Notes under the pieces: generated by a model
Told to the model about the DNA's origin: nothing
Seen by the model: the letters and a program-made list of their open reading frames with translations, nothing else
Databases searched by the model: none
Position numbers and translations under genes: made by a program
Source of the DNA: Vicinamibacterales bacterium
GTDB lineage: Bacteria > Acidobacteriota > Vicinamibacteria > Vicinamibacterales > UBA8438
Direction: 5' to 3'
Assembly: GCA_965218825.1 (NCBI GenBank)
Contig: OZ244656.1
Coordinates: forward strand, 964,915 to 1,028,914
Length of the DNA stretch: 64,000 nucleotides
Shown here: one piece after another, positions 1 through 10,914 of the stretch
Numbering within the stretch: position 1 is the first letter of the stretch
How the letters are laid out: every line of letters begins with the position of its first letter

Positions 1-843
1 GTTGGCGTTGAAGAAGACGGTATCTCCGACGTCCGGATCAGTCGGCGAGAGCGCGATCACAGCGGTGGGCGGCGTTGCCGCCGTGACCACGACGGCGCGG
101 GTGATATCGGCCGACCGACCGAGGTTGTCGCGGATGGTCAGCGTCACGAGGTACGTGCCGGGCCCGTGATAGACATGACCGACCGACGAGCCACTGCCCG
201 TTGCCCCGTCTCCGAAACTCCACGAATAGCCGGTGACGATCCCGGCCGGATCGCGCACGCAGTCGCCCGACGTCGCGTCCGGGCAGCTCGTGGTAAACAG
301 CACCGAGTCGAACGCGGTGGGCGTCGCCGGCGTGAACGCAAACCCTGGCGTCGCCCCAAACGACGCAACCACGTCATTGGGAGGCACCAAGCGGATCGTC
401 AGCGATCGCGAGACGGCGTTGCCGAAGTCCTGCCCCACCGGCGTCACCCAAATGGTCACGGTCTGTCCGGGGTCCGGAGCGGGGCCGCTACCTGTCACCA
501 GCGCCGGCGCGGTGTAGGTCGCAGTGGCGCGTCCGTCGGACGCCGTGACGACCTGTCGTGCGGACAGCCGCCCGAAATCCTGGAACTCACCATTCGCCAC
601 GATCTGAAGCGCCAGCGCGAGGCTGGCGATTGACTCCCCACGATAGTCGCGTGCCTGAATGCCGATGGTCGATTGCGCGACACCGTTGAGCGGCAGCCGG
701 TCGGGGCTTGCCGACAAGGTGAGCGACACGCTCAGCTCGGACGGGCCGCTCAGCGGCCCACGTTCGACTTCTTGTTGGATGCAGCTGCCGCTTGCCAGGA
801 GCACGATCATGCCGACACCCAATCGACCGAGTTCCGGCCTCAC
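1..843 (-). CDS. Lipoprotein with Ig-like and PKD domains (runs off the window start)
   Basis: Not in the ORF track because it is open at the edge. Manual translation from GTG 843 gives MRPELGRLGVGMIVLLASGSC (lipobox-like), then ...IVTGYSWSFGDGATGSGSSVGHVYHGPGTYLVTLTIRD (PKD WxFGDG signature). The start overlaps the upstream stop (GTGA). Confidence 0.8.
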   Translation of the reverse strand, partial: MRPELGRLGVGMIVLLASGSCIQQEVERGPLSGPSELSVSLTLSASPDRLPLNGVAQSTIGIQARDYRGESIASLALALQIVANGEFQDFGRLSARQVVTASDGRATATYTAPALVTGSGPAPDPGQTVTIWVTPVGQDFGNAVSRSLTIRLVPPNDVVASFGATPGFAFTPATPTAFDSVLFTTSCPDATSGDCVRDPAGIVTGYSWSFGDGATGSGSSVGHVYHGPGTYLVTLTIRDNLGRSADITRAVVVTAATPPTAVIALSPTDPDVGDTVFFNAN

Positions 844-1916
844 GCGCCGCTCCCGGCCCCGGCACCGTCGTCCCAGTCGGCGAAGTTCACGCCGATCGTG
901 CCGGTAGCGCTGATCTCCTCACCAGTCTGGTCATGACCGTAGAAGGTCACGACCGCCAAGGTGTTGATGACGATCGCGCCGCCGCCGCCTGCTAGCGCAA
1001 CGAGCGGAGCTTCGAGCTTGGCCGAGGCGCGTACGAGCACGAACTCAGCCGCGTGGACACCTTCCGCGGTCGTAAACGTCATCGCGCCGTCGAAGGCGTA
1101 CGGCACGTCTACACCCGGGTTTTGGCGACCATCGGATCGCTGGTACTCGACGCGGTACCGATCAACCGTGATGTAGTTGGCGCCCGTGACCGCCGCACCG
1201 CGCTTCAAGAGGTCGGCCTGGTCAAAGTCAACCCCAAGCTCGCGCTGAATCGCCTCCGAATACGCGTTCCCTCCGATGGAGAGGTCGCGCGTAAAGACAA
1301 ACCGGCTTCCTTGAACGATGTTGAGGTTGACGACGCTGGCGCCCACATTGATCAAGACGTCGACTCGGTCGGCGCGCTCCCCGTGAGTCAGCTCGTAGGC
1401 ATTCTGCAGTGCGAACGCATCGACGTCGAGCACCCGGGGCACGCAGCCAGCCTCCGACACGACCTGCGTAAACTCGTCAACCCGGTCCTTCTTCGCCGCC
1501 GCAAGCAGCACATCCACGTCGGACGGTTCAAACGATGGTCCGAGCACGTGGAAGTCCAGATTGACGGTCTGGGTGTCATAGGGGATGTGCTGCCTCGCCT
1601 CCCAATGGATCGTTCCCTCGAGCTCTGCCTCGGGCATTTTCGGAAGCGCAATCGTCTTGACGATGACGGCAGATCCGGACATCGCAACGGCCACCTCGCG
1701 AGTCTTAATCCCCGCTTGTCGGAACGCCCGTTTGATCGCGCCGGCGATGACGTCGCCGTGCACGATGGCGTGGTCGACAATCGCGTCAGGCGGCAATGGC
1801 TCACAACCAGCCGCAACCAGCGTAGGGCGACCGCCGCGACGACCCAACTCGACCACTTTGACGGCACTCGATCCGATGTCGAGGCCAACCAACGTTTTCT
1901 TTCGGCGTCTTAGCAC
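840..1916 (-). CDS. pilM: Chimeric type IV pilus assembly PilM (N-terminal ~245 aa) fused in frame to the C-terminus of an unrelated lipoprotein
   Basis: VGLDIGSSAVKVVEL, VLDVDAFALQN and INVGASVVNLNI are PilM/FtsA-like motifs. After ...KRGAAVTGANY the sequence becomes ITVDRYRVEYQRSDGRQNPGVDVPYAFDG..., which is not PilM. Confidence 0.75.
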   Translation of the reverse strand: MLRRRKKTLVGLDIGSSAVKVVELGRRGGRPTLVAAGCEPLPPDAIVDHAIVHGDVIAGAIKRAFRQAGIKTREVAVAMSGSAVIVKTIALPKMPEAELEGTIHWEARQHIPYDTQTVNLDFHVLGPSFEPSDVDVLLAAAKKDRVDEFTQVVSEAGCVPRVLDVDAFALQNAYELTHGERADRVDVLINVGASVVNLNIVQGSRFVFTRDLSIGGNAYSEAIQRELGVDFDQADLLKRGAAVTGANYITVDRYRVEYQRSDGRQNPGVDVPYAFDGAMTFTTAEGVHAAEFVLVRASAKLEAPLVALAGGGGAIVINTLAVVTFYGHDQTGEEISATGTIGVNFADWDDGAGAGSGA

Positions 1917-1938
1917 TGTTGCCGCTCCGCACCCCTAG

Positions 1939-3230
1939 CAGGTTGCTGAAGAACACGAGGATCGGGCTGTTTTCATGGCCATCATGCGTGTCACGCCCCC
2001 CCCGACAACGGTGCGCACGGGGACACGCTGTCCCGACGAGGGGGCCAGCGACACCCGCGGCCGGCGATCAGGGACACCTCGCCTCCAGATTCCGCAACCG
2101 GACCAAGTTATAGGCGGTGGCGGCGAAGGTGAGCTGCCAATCCACCAGGGCGATGCCGCGATGCCGGAGCTTGCGCAGGCCGCCGACGGTCTTCATCCAG
2201 CCGAAGACCTGTTCCACGAGTTTTCGTTTCCGCTGACTCACGTGATAGCCCGCATGCCGCGTGGTCCGACCGTCGATCGCACTCCCGCGGACCTTCTGCG
2301 CCACGTGGGGCGTGACGTCCTGGACGCGCACGTCGGCAACGAAGCGCGCCACATCGTAGCCCTTGTCCGCCCCGACCGTGCTGCCCGGGGAGGCGCTGGC
2401 CTCCAGCAACAGCACCGCCGCGTCGCGTTCGGCGGTCCCCGTCGCGTGGGTCGCGCAGACGTTGGCGACAAGCCCCTGTCGATTGTCCAGCAGCACGTGG
2501 CCGAGATACGCCAGCTTGGCTTCCTTGCCTTTGCCCTTCCGATGCAACATCGCCTCGGGATCGGTCGTCGACTGATGGGTGTCATTGCGCCGCCGCTCCC
2601 CGTGGAAGTTGACCGTGGGATTGCCCGGGTCCTCGGGCGGGTCGCTCTCCGCTGCGTCCACGCACCGAAAGCTTTTCAGGCTGGCCCATGCTTCCAACTG
2701 CGTCCCATCCACGGTGAAGTGTTCGTCCGAGAGCAGCCCGGCCGCCCGGGCGTGGGCCTGGACCGCATCAAAGAACGCGGCGGCGACATCGCCCGACAGC
2801 AGCCGGTCGCGATTCTTGGTAAACGTCGTGGGATGCCAGACCGGGTCATCCATATTCAGCCCGACGAACCACCGGAACAGCAGGTTGTAGTTGAGCTCTT
2901 CCATGAGCAGCCGCTCGCTCCGCACCGTGTAGAGCACTTGCAACAGCAAAGCGCGCAGCAATTGCTCCGGTGGGATCGACGGACGCCCTGTCGTGGCGTA
3001 CAGGCTCGCGAATCGGCGCGACATTGTCTGCAGGGCTTCGTCCGTCAGCGCCCGAACGGCGCGGAGCGGATGGTCGGCCGGCACGCGCTGTTCCGGCGAC
3101 AGGTAGCTGAACATGTGGGTGGTCTGCTCATCGTGTCCGCGCATGATCGGGCTCCCTTCAGTGTTGGGAGCATCGTAGTACGACGGGATCCATCTGTCGA
3201 TCCCATTTCGCGGAGTTTTTCAGCAGCCTG
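1939..3230 (-). mobile_element. IS5-family insertion sequence
   Basis: Terminal IRs CAGGTTGCTGAAGAAC / CAGGCTGCTGAAAAAC, with CTAG on both sides (1935-1938, 3231-3234). Confidence 0.9.
2068..3144 (-). CDS. IS5-family transposase
   Basis: PADHPLR, GRPSIPPEQLLRALLLQ, TVDGT, ADKGYD and RKLVEQVFGWMK motifs. Confidence 0.92.
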   Translation of the reverse strand: MRGHDEQTTHMFSYLSPEQRVPADHPLRAVRALTDEALQTMSRRFASLYATTGRPSIPPEQLLRALLLQVLYTVRSERLLMEELNYNLLFRWFVGLNMDDPVWHPTTFTKNRDRLLSGDVAAAFFDAVQAHARAAGLLSDEHFTVDGTQLEAWASLKSFRCVDAAESDPPEDPGNPTVNFHGERRRNDTHQSTTDPEAMLHRKGKGKEAKLAYLGHVLLDNRQGLVANVCATHATGTAERDAAVLLLEASASPGSTVGADKGYDVARFVADVRVQDVTPHVAQKVRGSAIDGRTTRHAGYHVSQRKRKLVEQVFGWMKTVGGLRKLRHRGIALVDWQLTFAATAYNLVRLRNLEARCP

Positions 3231-4431
3231 CTAGTCCCCTTGATCTTTGATTTCTTCAAAAAGTCGTTGGTCATCTGGGGCCACCGTGGACTTGAACGGT
3301 GCGCTGTCCGAACCGCTTCACCTTCGCGAGGATCTCGTCGGCTGTGTTCGTCCACTTGAAAGGCTTGCCCTCGTCATTGTGGGCGTCCACGTAGGCGGAG
3401 ATGGCGTGGCGCAGCGCGTGCGTGCTGGAATGTGAGCCGCGCTTGAGGGCGTGTTCGGTGAGGAGGCCAAAGAACCGCTCGACGAGGTTGAGCCAGGCGG
3501 AGGAGGTTGGCGTAAAGTGGAACTGGAAGCGCGGGTGGCGGGCCACCCATCGTGTGACCAGCGGGGACTTATGCGCCGAGAGATTGTCGAGGATCACGTG
3601 GACGGTGAGGGTGGGGTCCACCCGCTCGTCGATCTCGCGCAGAAAGCTCACGAAATCCCTCGACCGATGCTGCTTCTTGGTGTGCGCCACGACCTGGCCG
3701 GTCGCGACGTTGAGCGCCGCGAAGAGGTCCACCGTGCCATGGCGGATGTAGTTGTGCGTCTGGCGTTCGGGCCGACCCATGTCCATCGGCAGGATCGGCT
3801 GCGCTCGCTCGAGGGCTTGAATCTGAGGCTTTTCGTCGAATGACAAGACACCGGCGTGGTCGGGTGGATTCAGGTAGAGGCCGACAATGTCCCGCACCTT
3901 CTCGATGACCAGCGGGTCGTCGGAGATCTTGAAGGATGCCACGACATGCGGCTGCAACCCGAAGGTGCGCCAGATGCGGCCCACGGTGGAGGCACTGACG
4001 CCAGCGCGCTCCGCCATCTTGCGGGTGCTCCAGTGGGTCCGCCCCTTCGGCTTACTTTCCAACGTGGCGACGAGGATCGACTCGACATCCGCATCGGACA
4101 GTGTCCGGGGGGCTCCGGGCTTGGGCTCGTCATACAGCGCATCCACGCGACCTGTCGTAACCCGCTGCCGCCACTTGCCGACCGTCACATTCGAACAGCG
4201 CAGTTTCGCCGCGACCGCCACGTTCGATTCGCCATGCGCGCACCTCAGGACGATCTTCGCCCGCAAGGCCACATGCCGATTCGTTCTGGCGCGCCTGGCG
4301 AGCCGCTCAAGTTCTCCTCGCTCCACGGCGGTGACTTCCAATCTCGCTTTGGGCCGACCTGTTCTTGCCATGCCGCCCCATACATCACACCCGGCACACT
4401 TCTTAAAGCTTTTTCAGACACAAGGGACTAG
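3231..4431 (-). mobile_element. IS630-family insertion sequence (intact copy)
   Basis: Ends CTAGTCCCCTTG / CTAGTCCCTTG (reverse complement of 4421-4431). A near-identical disrupted copy lies at 25463-27977. Confidence 0.9.
3271..4371 (-). CDS. IS630-family transposase
   Basis: HTH N-terminus; DEKPQIQAL, ILDNLSAHK and WLNLVERFF DDE motifs. Confidence 0.93.
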   Translation of the reverse strand: MARTGRPKARLEVTAVERGELERLARRARTNRHVALRAKIVLRCAHGESNVAVAAKLRCSNVTVGKWRQRVTTGRVDALYDEPKPGAPRTLSDADVESILVATLESKPKGRTHWSTRKMAERAGVSASTVGRIWRTFGLQPHVVASFKISDDPLVIEKVRDIVGLYLNPPDHAGVLSFDEKPQIQALERAQPILPMDMGRPERQTHNYIRHGTVDLFAALNVATGQVVAHTKKQHRSRDFVSFLREIDERVDPTLTVHVILDNLSAHKSPLVTRWVARHPRFQFHFTPTSSAWLNLVERFFGLLTEHALKRGSHSSTHALRHAISAYVDAHNDEGKPFKWTNTADEILAKVKRFGQRTVQVHGGPR

Positions 4432-4683
4432 GGGTAACGACAGAGCCTCCGCCTTCGTGTATCGGACGAACGCGGCTCCGGGGTCAGGACGGCAGGGGTG
4501 GAAGATCCTGAACGCGCGTCTGGCTGCCGTGATGGCCGGAATGTGCAACAGCGTGAAGCCGATCGGCCGACAACAGGACCGCGCGAACCCATGGGTCGTC
4601 TTGACACCTTCCGGTAATCCTCTGCTAAGATTGCGGTTTGCGGCTGTTCGCCGCGAGCAGTCTTAGTGCGCCACCTTTCAGCT

Positions 4684-5115
4684 ATGGCAACGTTTGTACC
4701 GTCGAAGAACGACATCACTCGCCGCTGGCACGTGATCGATGCCAACACCCAGGTGCTGGGCCGAATCGCCACCCAGGCCGCGAAACTGCTTCAGGGCAAG
4801 CACAAGCCTCAATACACCCCGTTCTTGGACCTTGGCGACCACGTGATCATCGTCAACGCCCAGAGTGTCCGTCTGACGGGTCAGAAAGAGGACCAGAAGA
4901 TCTATAGGCGGCATAGCGGGTACCCAGGGGGGCTCCGCGAAGAACGGCTAAAGACGGTTCGAGTAGAACGCCCGACTCGGATGGTCGAGCAGGCCATTCG
5001 CGGCATGCTGCCGAAGACGAAGCTCGGCCGGGCTATGTATCGGAAGCTCAAGGTGTACGCTGGGCCTGACCATCCGCACGCTGCCCAAGGTCCCACGAAA
5101 TGCGAGGTACGGTAG
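4684..5115 (+). CDS. rplM: 50S ribosomal protein L13
   Basis: WHVIDA..VLGRIA, GKHKPQYTP, HSGYPGGL, GMLPKTKLGR; ATG at 4684. Confidence 0.98.
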   Translation: MATFVPSKNDITRRWHVIDANTQVLGRIATQAAKLLQGKHKPQYTPFLDLGDHVIIVNAQSVRLTGQKEDQKIYRRHSGYPGGLREERLKTVRVERPTRMVEQAIRGMLPKTKLGRAMYRKLKVYAGPDHPHAAQGPTKCEVR

Positions 5116-5118
5116 AGA

Positions 5119-5562
5119 GTGAGCATTGAACAGGTCGAGGTTGAGTCAGAACCCGTAGCTCCAGCGCCCGTGTCGCCTGGTCCCCACTACGGCACCGGAC
5201 GCCGGAAGAGCTCTACCGCACGCGTTTTCGTTCGGGCCGGATCCGGCGCCATCAGCATCAACCAGGTGACCCTGGAACAACATTTCCCGACCGCGTCCGT
5301 GCGCAAGCGGATCATCGAGCCGCTCGAGTTGACTGAGCTCGCTGACCGCGTCGATATCTACGCGACGGCGTCCGGTGGCGGCTTTGCCGGCCAGGCCGGA
5401 GCGCTGCGGCTCGGCATCGCCCGAGCACTCGTGCAGTTGAATCCCGAGCTGCGCGCCCAGTTGAAGAAAGCCGGCCTGCTGACCCGCGACGCGCGAATCA
5501 AAGAGCGCAAGAAGTACGGGTTGGCTGGCGCCCGCAAGAGATTCCAGTTCAGCAAGCGGTAG
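5119..5562 (+). CDS. rpsI: 30S ribosomal protein S9
   Basis: [42 protein letters not shown]. Confidence 0.98.
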   Translation: MSIEQVEVESEPVAPAPVSPGPHYGTGRRKSSTARVFVRAGSGAISINQVTLEQHFPTASVRKRIIEPLELTELADRVDIYATASGGGFAGQAGALRLGIARALVQLNPELRAQLKKAGLLTRDARIKERKKYGLAGARKRFQFSKR

Positions 5563-5573
5563 ATGGAGGAAGC

Positions 5574-6362
5574 TTGACGCCAATCACGATGGAGCAGCTC
5601 CTGGAGGCCGGGGTTCATTTCGGCCACCAGACCAAACGATGGAATCCGAAGATGAAGCCGTTCATCTTCGGAGAGCGCAACGGCATCTACGTCATCGACC
5701 TCAGTAAGACCGCGAAGCTGTTTGGAAAGGCCGAGGAGTTCGTCAACCAGCTGGCCGCAGCCGGCCAGACCATTCTCTTCGTCGGGACCAAGCGTCAGGC
5801 CCAGGATCTCGTCCGCGAGGAAGCGCAGCGATGCGGCATGTTCTTCGTCAACCAGCGGTGGCTAGGCGGTCTGCTGACCAACTTCATGACGATTCAGCGG
5901 AGCATCAATCGTCTTCGCGAACTTGAAGCCATGGAGGAAGATGGTCGCTACGAGACCATGTCGAAGAAGGAGATCGCCCGCGCCGAGAAGGAGAAACGGA
6001 AGCTCCACAAGAATCTCGACGGCATTCGGAAGATGAGTCGACTACCCGACGCCGTGTTCGTCATCGACACGCGGCGCGAGAAGATCGCGGTCGACGAAGC
6101 TCGAAAACTCAAGATTCCGGTCATCGGCATCGTCGACACCAACTGTGACCCCGATGACGTCGACTACGTCATTCCGGGGAACGACGATGCGCTGCGCTCG
6201 ATTCGCCTGTTTCTGACCCGTGTCTCTGACGCGGTCATTGCCGGACGTGGTCTGCGCGAGGCAGCCGAAACGAGCGGAAACGGAGCCGAGACGTCGGCTG
6301 CCGAAATCCCCGGCTCGCGGGTGAACTCCTCGGCGGCGGCACCATCACCGGCCTCAGCCTGA
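5574..6362 (+). CDS. rpsB: 30S ribosomal protein S2
   Basis: [29 protein letters not shown]; TTG start preceded by GGAGGA. Confidence 0.98.
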   Translation: MTPITMEQLLEAGVHFGHQTKRWNPKMKPFIFGERNGIYVIDLSKTAKLFGKAEEFVNQLAAAGQTILFVGTKRQAQDLVREEAQRCGMFFVNQRWLGGLLTNFMTIQRSINRLRELEAMEEDGRYETMSKKEIARAEKEKRKLHKNLDGIRKMSRLPDAVFVIDTRREKIAVDEARKLKIPVIGIVDTNCDPDDVDYVIPGNDDALRSIRLFLTRVSDAVIAGRGLREAAETSGNGAETSAAEIPGSRVNSSAAAPSPASA

Positions 6363-6459
6363 CGGCCGCGGCTCGTTCAGCGCTGTTGCTCGGCCTTCTG
6401 GCACCTCGTGAGCCGGATGCCGTTCACTCATCAGGCATAGTTCAGAGGAACACGACACG

Positions 6460-7062
6460 ATGACCATCAGTGCAGCAGAAGTCAAACAGCTCCGCGACAT
6501 CACCGGCACGGGCTTCATGGAGTGCAAGGCCGCGCTCACCGAAGCGGAGGGCGATCTCGATAAGGCCGTCAAGATCCTCCGCACGCGAGGGCAGGCCAAG
6601 GCGGAAAAGCGGGCGGGACGCGCGACGGCCCAGGGATTGGTCGGTAGCTACATCCATCCCGGAGCCCAGGTTGGCGTCCTGCTCGAAGTCGACTGCGAAT
6701 CAGATTTCGTGGCGCGGACGGACGATTTCCAGACGCTCGTCAAGGAAGTCGCGATGCACATCGCCGCCGCGAACCCGACGTGCGTGCGGCGCGAGGATGT
6801 CCCGGAATCCGATCTCGAACGCGAGCGGGAGATTTATCGGGCCCAGTTCAAAGACTCCAACAAGCCCCCTGCGGTCGTCGACAAGATCGTCGATGGCAAG
6901 CTCAACAGCTACTTTGAACAGATCGTGCTGCTCGACCAACCCTCAATCCGCGATCCCAAGGTCACGATCGGTGAGATGATTAAGGCCGCGATCGCGAAGT
7001 TGGGGGAGAATATCTCCGTCTCGCGGTTCGCTCGATTCAAGGTCGGCGACACCGGCGACTAG
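6460..7062 (+). CDS. tsf: Elongation factor Ts (short form)
   Basis: [37 protein letters not shown]. Confidence 0.97.
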   Translation: MTISAAEVKQLRDITGTGFMECKAALTEAEGDLDKAVKILRTRGQAKAEKRAGRATAQGLVGSYIHPGAQVGVLLEVDCESDFVARTDDFQTLVKEVAMHIAAANPTCVRREDVPESDLEREREIYRAQFKDSNKPPAVVDKIVDGKLNSYFEQIVLLDQPSIRDPKVTIGEMIKAAIAKLGENISVSRFARFKVGDTGD

Positions 7063-7132
7063 TCCGCTCGTTGGACGTGTGCCGCGCCCGTTGGGCACAG
7101 AGGATCTCGTACCAGAGGATGGCGTACTAACG

Positions 7133-7849
7133 GTGGCTTCAGCCAAGTATAAGCGGATCCTGCTCAAGCTTTCGGGCGAGGCCCTCATGGGCCAGCAGAC
7201 GTTCGGCATCGACTCTGTCGTCGCAGACAAGATTGCCGGCGAGATTGCTGACGTTCAATCGTTAGGTGTCGAAATCGCTGTGGTGATCGGCGGGGGCAAC
7301 ATCTTTCGAGGCTTGGCCGCAAGTGCCAGCGGCATGGACCGGGCAACCGCCGACTACATGGGCATGTTGGCCACGGTCATGAACGCGCTCGCGCTCTCCG
7401 ACGCTATTGAGCGTCACGGTGCAAGGACGCGCGTCGTCACGGCCATTGAAATGCGTGAGGTGGCCGAGCCCTTCATTCGGCGTCGGGCCGTGCGACACCT
7501 CGAAAAGGGGCGCATCGTGCTGTTCGCGGCCGGAACAGGCAACCCGTATTTCACGACGGACACCGCGGCCGCGCTTCGAGCCATGGAGATCAAGGCAGAA
7601 GTCATCCTCAAGGCCACCAAAGTCGACGGCATCTTCACTGCCGATCCGGCCACCGACCCGTCGGCGACCCGCATCGATGCGCTCTCTCATCTCGAAGTGC
7701 TTGAACAACAGCTCAAGGTGATGGACTCAACGGCGATCTCGTTGTGCATGGAGAACAAACTCCCGATCGTCGTCTTCAACCTTTTGACCTCCGGGAACAT
7801 CCGGCGGGCTGTGTGTGGCGAAGACGTCGGCTCGCTGGTAACCGTGTGA
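7133..7849 (+). CDS. pyrH: UMP kinase
   Basis: [29 protein letters not shown]; likely GTG start at 7133. Confidence 0.97.
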   Translation: MASAKYKRILLKLSGEALMGQQTFGIDSVVADKIAGEIADVQSLGVEIAVVIGGGNIFRGLAASASGMDRATADYMGMLATVMNALALSDAIERHGARTRVVTAIEMREVAEPFIRRRAVRHLEKGRIVLFAAGTGNPYFTTDTAAALRAMEIKAEVILKATKVDGIFTADPATDPSATRIDALSHLEVLEQQLKVMDSTAISLCMENKLPIVVFNLLTSGNIRRAVCGEDVGSLVTV

Positions 7850-7873
7850 ATCAGCGAGCGAGGGACGAATATC

Positions 7874-8443
7874 ATGGACATCAGCGATCCGAAGGGAGCA
7901 TTTGCCGAGTGCCGTCGGCGCATGGCCGCTGCGGTCGACCACGTCCGCGGCGAACTCGGCGGGGTCCGGACCGGCCGCGCGTCGGTCGGCATCCTCGATT
8001 CGGTGCAGGTGGACGCGTACGGCTCGGAGCTCCCGCTCAACCAAGTTGCGACCCTGTCGATCCCTGAACCAACGCTGATTGTCGCCAGCCCATTCGATCC
8101 CAGTCAGATGGGCGCTATTGAAAACGCGATCCGCGCCGCCAACTTGGGTCTCAACCCGTCGAATGACGGCAAGATCATTCGGATTCCGGTGCCGCCCCTC
8201 ACCGACGAGCGCCGCAAAGAGCTGTCGAAACTCGTCCACAGGCTCGCCGAAGAAGGCCGAAATAGCGTTCGACAGATACGCCGGGACGCTAACGACGCGC
8301 TGAAGAAGCTGCTCAAGGATCACGACATCGGCGAAGATGACGAGCACCGAGCGCTCGACGAGGTCCAAAAGATCACCGACAGCCACGTTCGGGAGATCGA
8401 CGACCTGCAGAAGACCAAAGACGAGGGGCTACTCCAGCACTAG
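7874..8443 (+). CDS. frr: Ribosome recycling factor
   Basis: VRTGRAS, GLNPSNDG, PPLTDERRKEL; syntenic after pyrH. Confidence 0.97.
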   Translation: MDISDPKGAFAECRRRMAAAVDHVRGELGGVRTGRASVGILDSVQVDAYGSELPLNQVATLSIPEPTLIVASPFDPSQMGAIENAIRAANLGLNPSNDGKIIRIPVPPLTDERRKELSKLVHRLAEEGRNSVRQIRRDANDALKKLLKDHDIGEDDEHRALDEVQKITDSHVREIDDLQKTKDEGLLQH

Positions 8444-8467
8444 CGGGCTCGCCGCAGGCCTCCGCTC

Positions 8468-9643
8468 ATGCTCACCCAGCTCGACTGTAGTGTCCCCTGC
8501 GGAGCCGGGCCGTACGACCCGAACGAGGAACACCATCTTTGCCGGTGCGGGGCTCCGCTCTTCGCGCGCTATGACCTTGAGCGACTGGCGACGACCTGGC
8601 GACCGCAAGACCTGACGTCGCGCTCCGCTTCCCTGTGGCGCTTCCGCGAAGTGCTGCCGATTGCTGACGGGGAGCAACCCATCACGCTTGGCGAGGGGAT
8701 GACGCCTCTGGTTCGGGCGTCGCGCCTCGAGAGCACGATGGGGCTGCGCGCGGTTTACATCAAGGACGAGTCGCTCAACCCCACCAACTCATTCAAGGCC
8801 CGCGGACTCTCAGTTGCCGTCACTCGCGCGCGAAGGCTCGGCGCAACCACGCTCTCGGTACCCTCGGCTGGTAACGCCGCAAACGCGCTGGCGGCCTACG
8901 CCGCCCGTGCGGGCCTCAGCGCCAAGGTCTTCATGCCGCGCGACGTCAAGCAGCCGTTCATCCGTGAGTGCGAGCTCTACGGAGCTGACGTCACCCTGGT
9001 CGACGGTTTGATCACCGATGCAGGCCGCCTCGCGGGCGAGCGAGGCCGCGCCGCCGGTTGGTACGACGTCTCGACGCTCAAGGAGCCGTTTCGCGTAGAG
9101 GGCAAGAAGACGCTGGCGTACGAAGTCGGCGAACAACTCGGGTGGCAATGGCCCGATTGGTTCATCTATCCGACAGGCGGAGGCACCGGCATCGTTGGCA
9201 TGTGGAAGGCCTTCGAGGAACTCGAGCAGCTGGGTTGGGTGTCGGAAGGGACGCGCCCCAAGCTGGTGTCGGTTCAGGCCGAGGGATGCGCACCGATCGT
9301 ACGCGCGTTCCGAGCGGGCCACGAGCGAGCCGAGGAGTGGGATCACGCAGAGACGGTTGCGGACGGCCTGAGGGTTCCGCGCGCCGTCGGCGACTTCCTG
9401 ATTCTTCGCGCCCTGCGGGCGAGCAACGGCACTGCCCTCGCCGTGTCAGACCAGGACATGATCGAGGCCATGCGAACGCTCGGCACCCTTGAGGGCATAA
9501 GCGCGGCGCCCGAGGGGGGCGCGACGCTGTGCGCGCTCCGCCACCTCGTCGCCAGCGGTGTCATCGCGCCGGATCACAGGGTGGTTCTCTTCAACACCGG
9601 AGGAGCGCTGAAATACCTCGAGCTGCTGGACGTGGACCCCTAG
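8468..9643 (+). CDS. thrC: Threonine synthase (PLP fold II)
   Basis: TLGEGMTPL, KDESLNPTNSFKARG, PSAGNAA, YPTGGG. Confidence 0.88.
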   Translation: MLTQLDCSVPCGAGPYDPNEEHHLCRCGAPLFARYDLERLATTWRPQDLTSRSASLWRFREVLPIADGEQPITLGEGMTPLVRASRLESTMGLRAVYIKDESLNPTNSFKARGLSVAVTRARRLGATTLSVPSAGNAANALAAYAARAGLSAKVFMPRDVKQPFIRECELYGADVTLVDGLITDAGRLAGERGRAAGWYDVSTLKEPFRVEGKKTLAYEVGEQLGWQWPDWFIYPTGGGTGIVGMWKAFEELEQLGWVSEGTRPKLVSVQAEGCAPIVRAFRAGHERAEEWDHAETVADGLRVPRAVGDFLILRALRASNGTALAVSDQDMIEAMRTLGTLEGISAAPEGGATLCALRHLVASGVIAPDHRVVLFNTGGALKYLELLDVDP

Positions 9644-10749
9644 TCCCCAAACGACAGCCCCATCGCCCGAGCCGTCTGCACAAGGTCGAGATCGAGCGGC
9701 ACCAGCTTCGTCCGTCCCACCACGTCGGCCAGCGGTACGTTGACCAGATTCGGAGGCCGGTTGGCGACCATGACGCCAAAGACGCGGCGTTGAACGAGCT
9801 CGAACGCTTTGCCTCCGAAGCGGGTTGCGAGCACTCGATCAAAGCTGGTCGGCGCCCCCGCGCGCTGTAAGTGTCCAAGGACAACCGATCGCGCCTCCTT
9901 GCCGGTCAGCCCTTCGAGCTCGGCCGCCACCCTGACGCCGATTCCTCCGAGCCGGTCCGGGCGTCCATCGGCGCCCTCCTCGAGCACGGCCACCTCGCCG
10001 CCGGCCGGTGCCGCCCCCTCCGCGACAACAACGATGCTGGACTTTGCGCCGTACGCCTCTCGTGCCTTGATCGCGTCGGCCGCTCGATCGAGATGGAACG
10101 GGATTTCCGGAATCAGGATGACGTCGGCGCCACCCGAGACGCCCGCGTACAACGCGATCCATCCGGCGTTCCGCCCCATGACCTCGACTACCATGATCCG
10201 GGAATGAGACTGGGCCGTCGAGTGGAGACGATCGATCGCTTCGGTAGCAAAGCCGACGGCCGTATCAAAGCCAAAGGTGCTGTTGGTCCTGACGATGTCG
10301 TTGTCGATCGTCTTCGGGACGCCGACGAGCGGCATCCCCAGCTTGTGGAACTCGTGGGCAATGGCGAGCGTCCCATCGCCGCCGATGACAACGAGAGCAT
10401 CCAGTCCGAGGCTCTTGAACGTCGCAAGACACTCGCTCGAGACGTCTCGGAGGCCACCGGCTTCGTCAGGGTACTGGAACGGGTTACCACGATTCGTCGT
10501 GCCAAGGATAGTACCGCCAGTGCGCTCGAGGCCCGCGACGTCTGGCATCGTCAGCGCTCGCGAGCGACCGGGCGTCATCAAGCCATCAAAGCTGTCCTCT
10601 AACCCGATGCACTCGCACCGTTGGCGGACAGCCGACTTGACGACCGCTCGGATGACCGCGTTCAGGCCGGGAGCATCGCCACCACCGGTAAGCAACCCGA
10701 TCCGGCTTGGGAACGGCGGGTCGGCGGTCGAGTTCGCGTGTGTGACCAT
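9640..10749 (-). CDS. pfkA: 6-phosphofructokinase (PfkA family)
   Basis: TGGGDAPGLNA, IGGDGT, PKTIDND, EVMGRNAGWIA, LGHLQR. Confidence 0.93.
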   Translation of the reverse strand: MVTHANSTADPPFPSRIGLLTGGGDAPGLNAVIRAVVKSAVRQRCECIGLEDSFDGLMTPGRSRALTMPDVAGLERTGGTILGTTNRGNPFQYPDEAGGLRDVSSECLATFKSLGLDALVVIGGDGTLAIAHEFHKLGMPLVGVPKTIDNDIVRTNSTFGFDTAVGFATEAIDRLHSTAQSHSRIMVVEVMGRNAGWIALYAGVSGGADVILIPEIPFHLDRAADAIKAREAYGAKSSIVVVAEGAAPAGGEVAVLEEGADGRPDRLGGIGVRVAAELEGLTGKEARSVVLGHLQRAGAPTSFDRVLATRFGGKAFELVQRRVFGVMVANRPPNLVNVPLADVVGRTKLVPLDLDLVQTARAMGLSFGD

Positions 10750-10838
10750 GCGACGATTCTACTTGGGAGACGTCATGTACAATGTCCGGTCGGAAACCGT
10801 CACGACCCAATTCATGGGATCGCGAAGTTCCGACTGTG

Positions 10839-10914
<76 letters not shown>

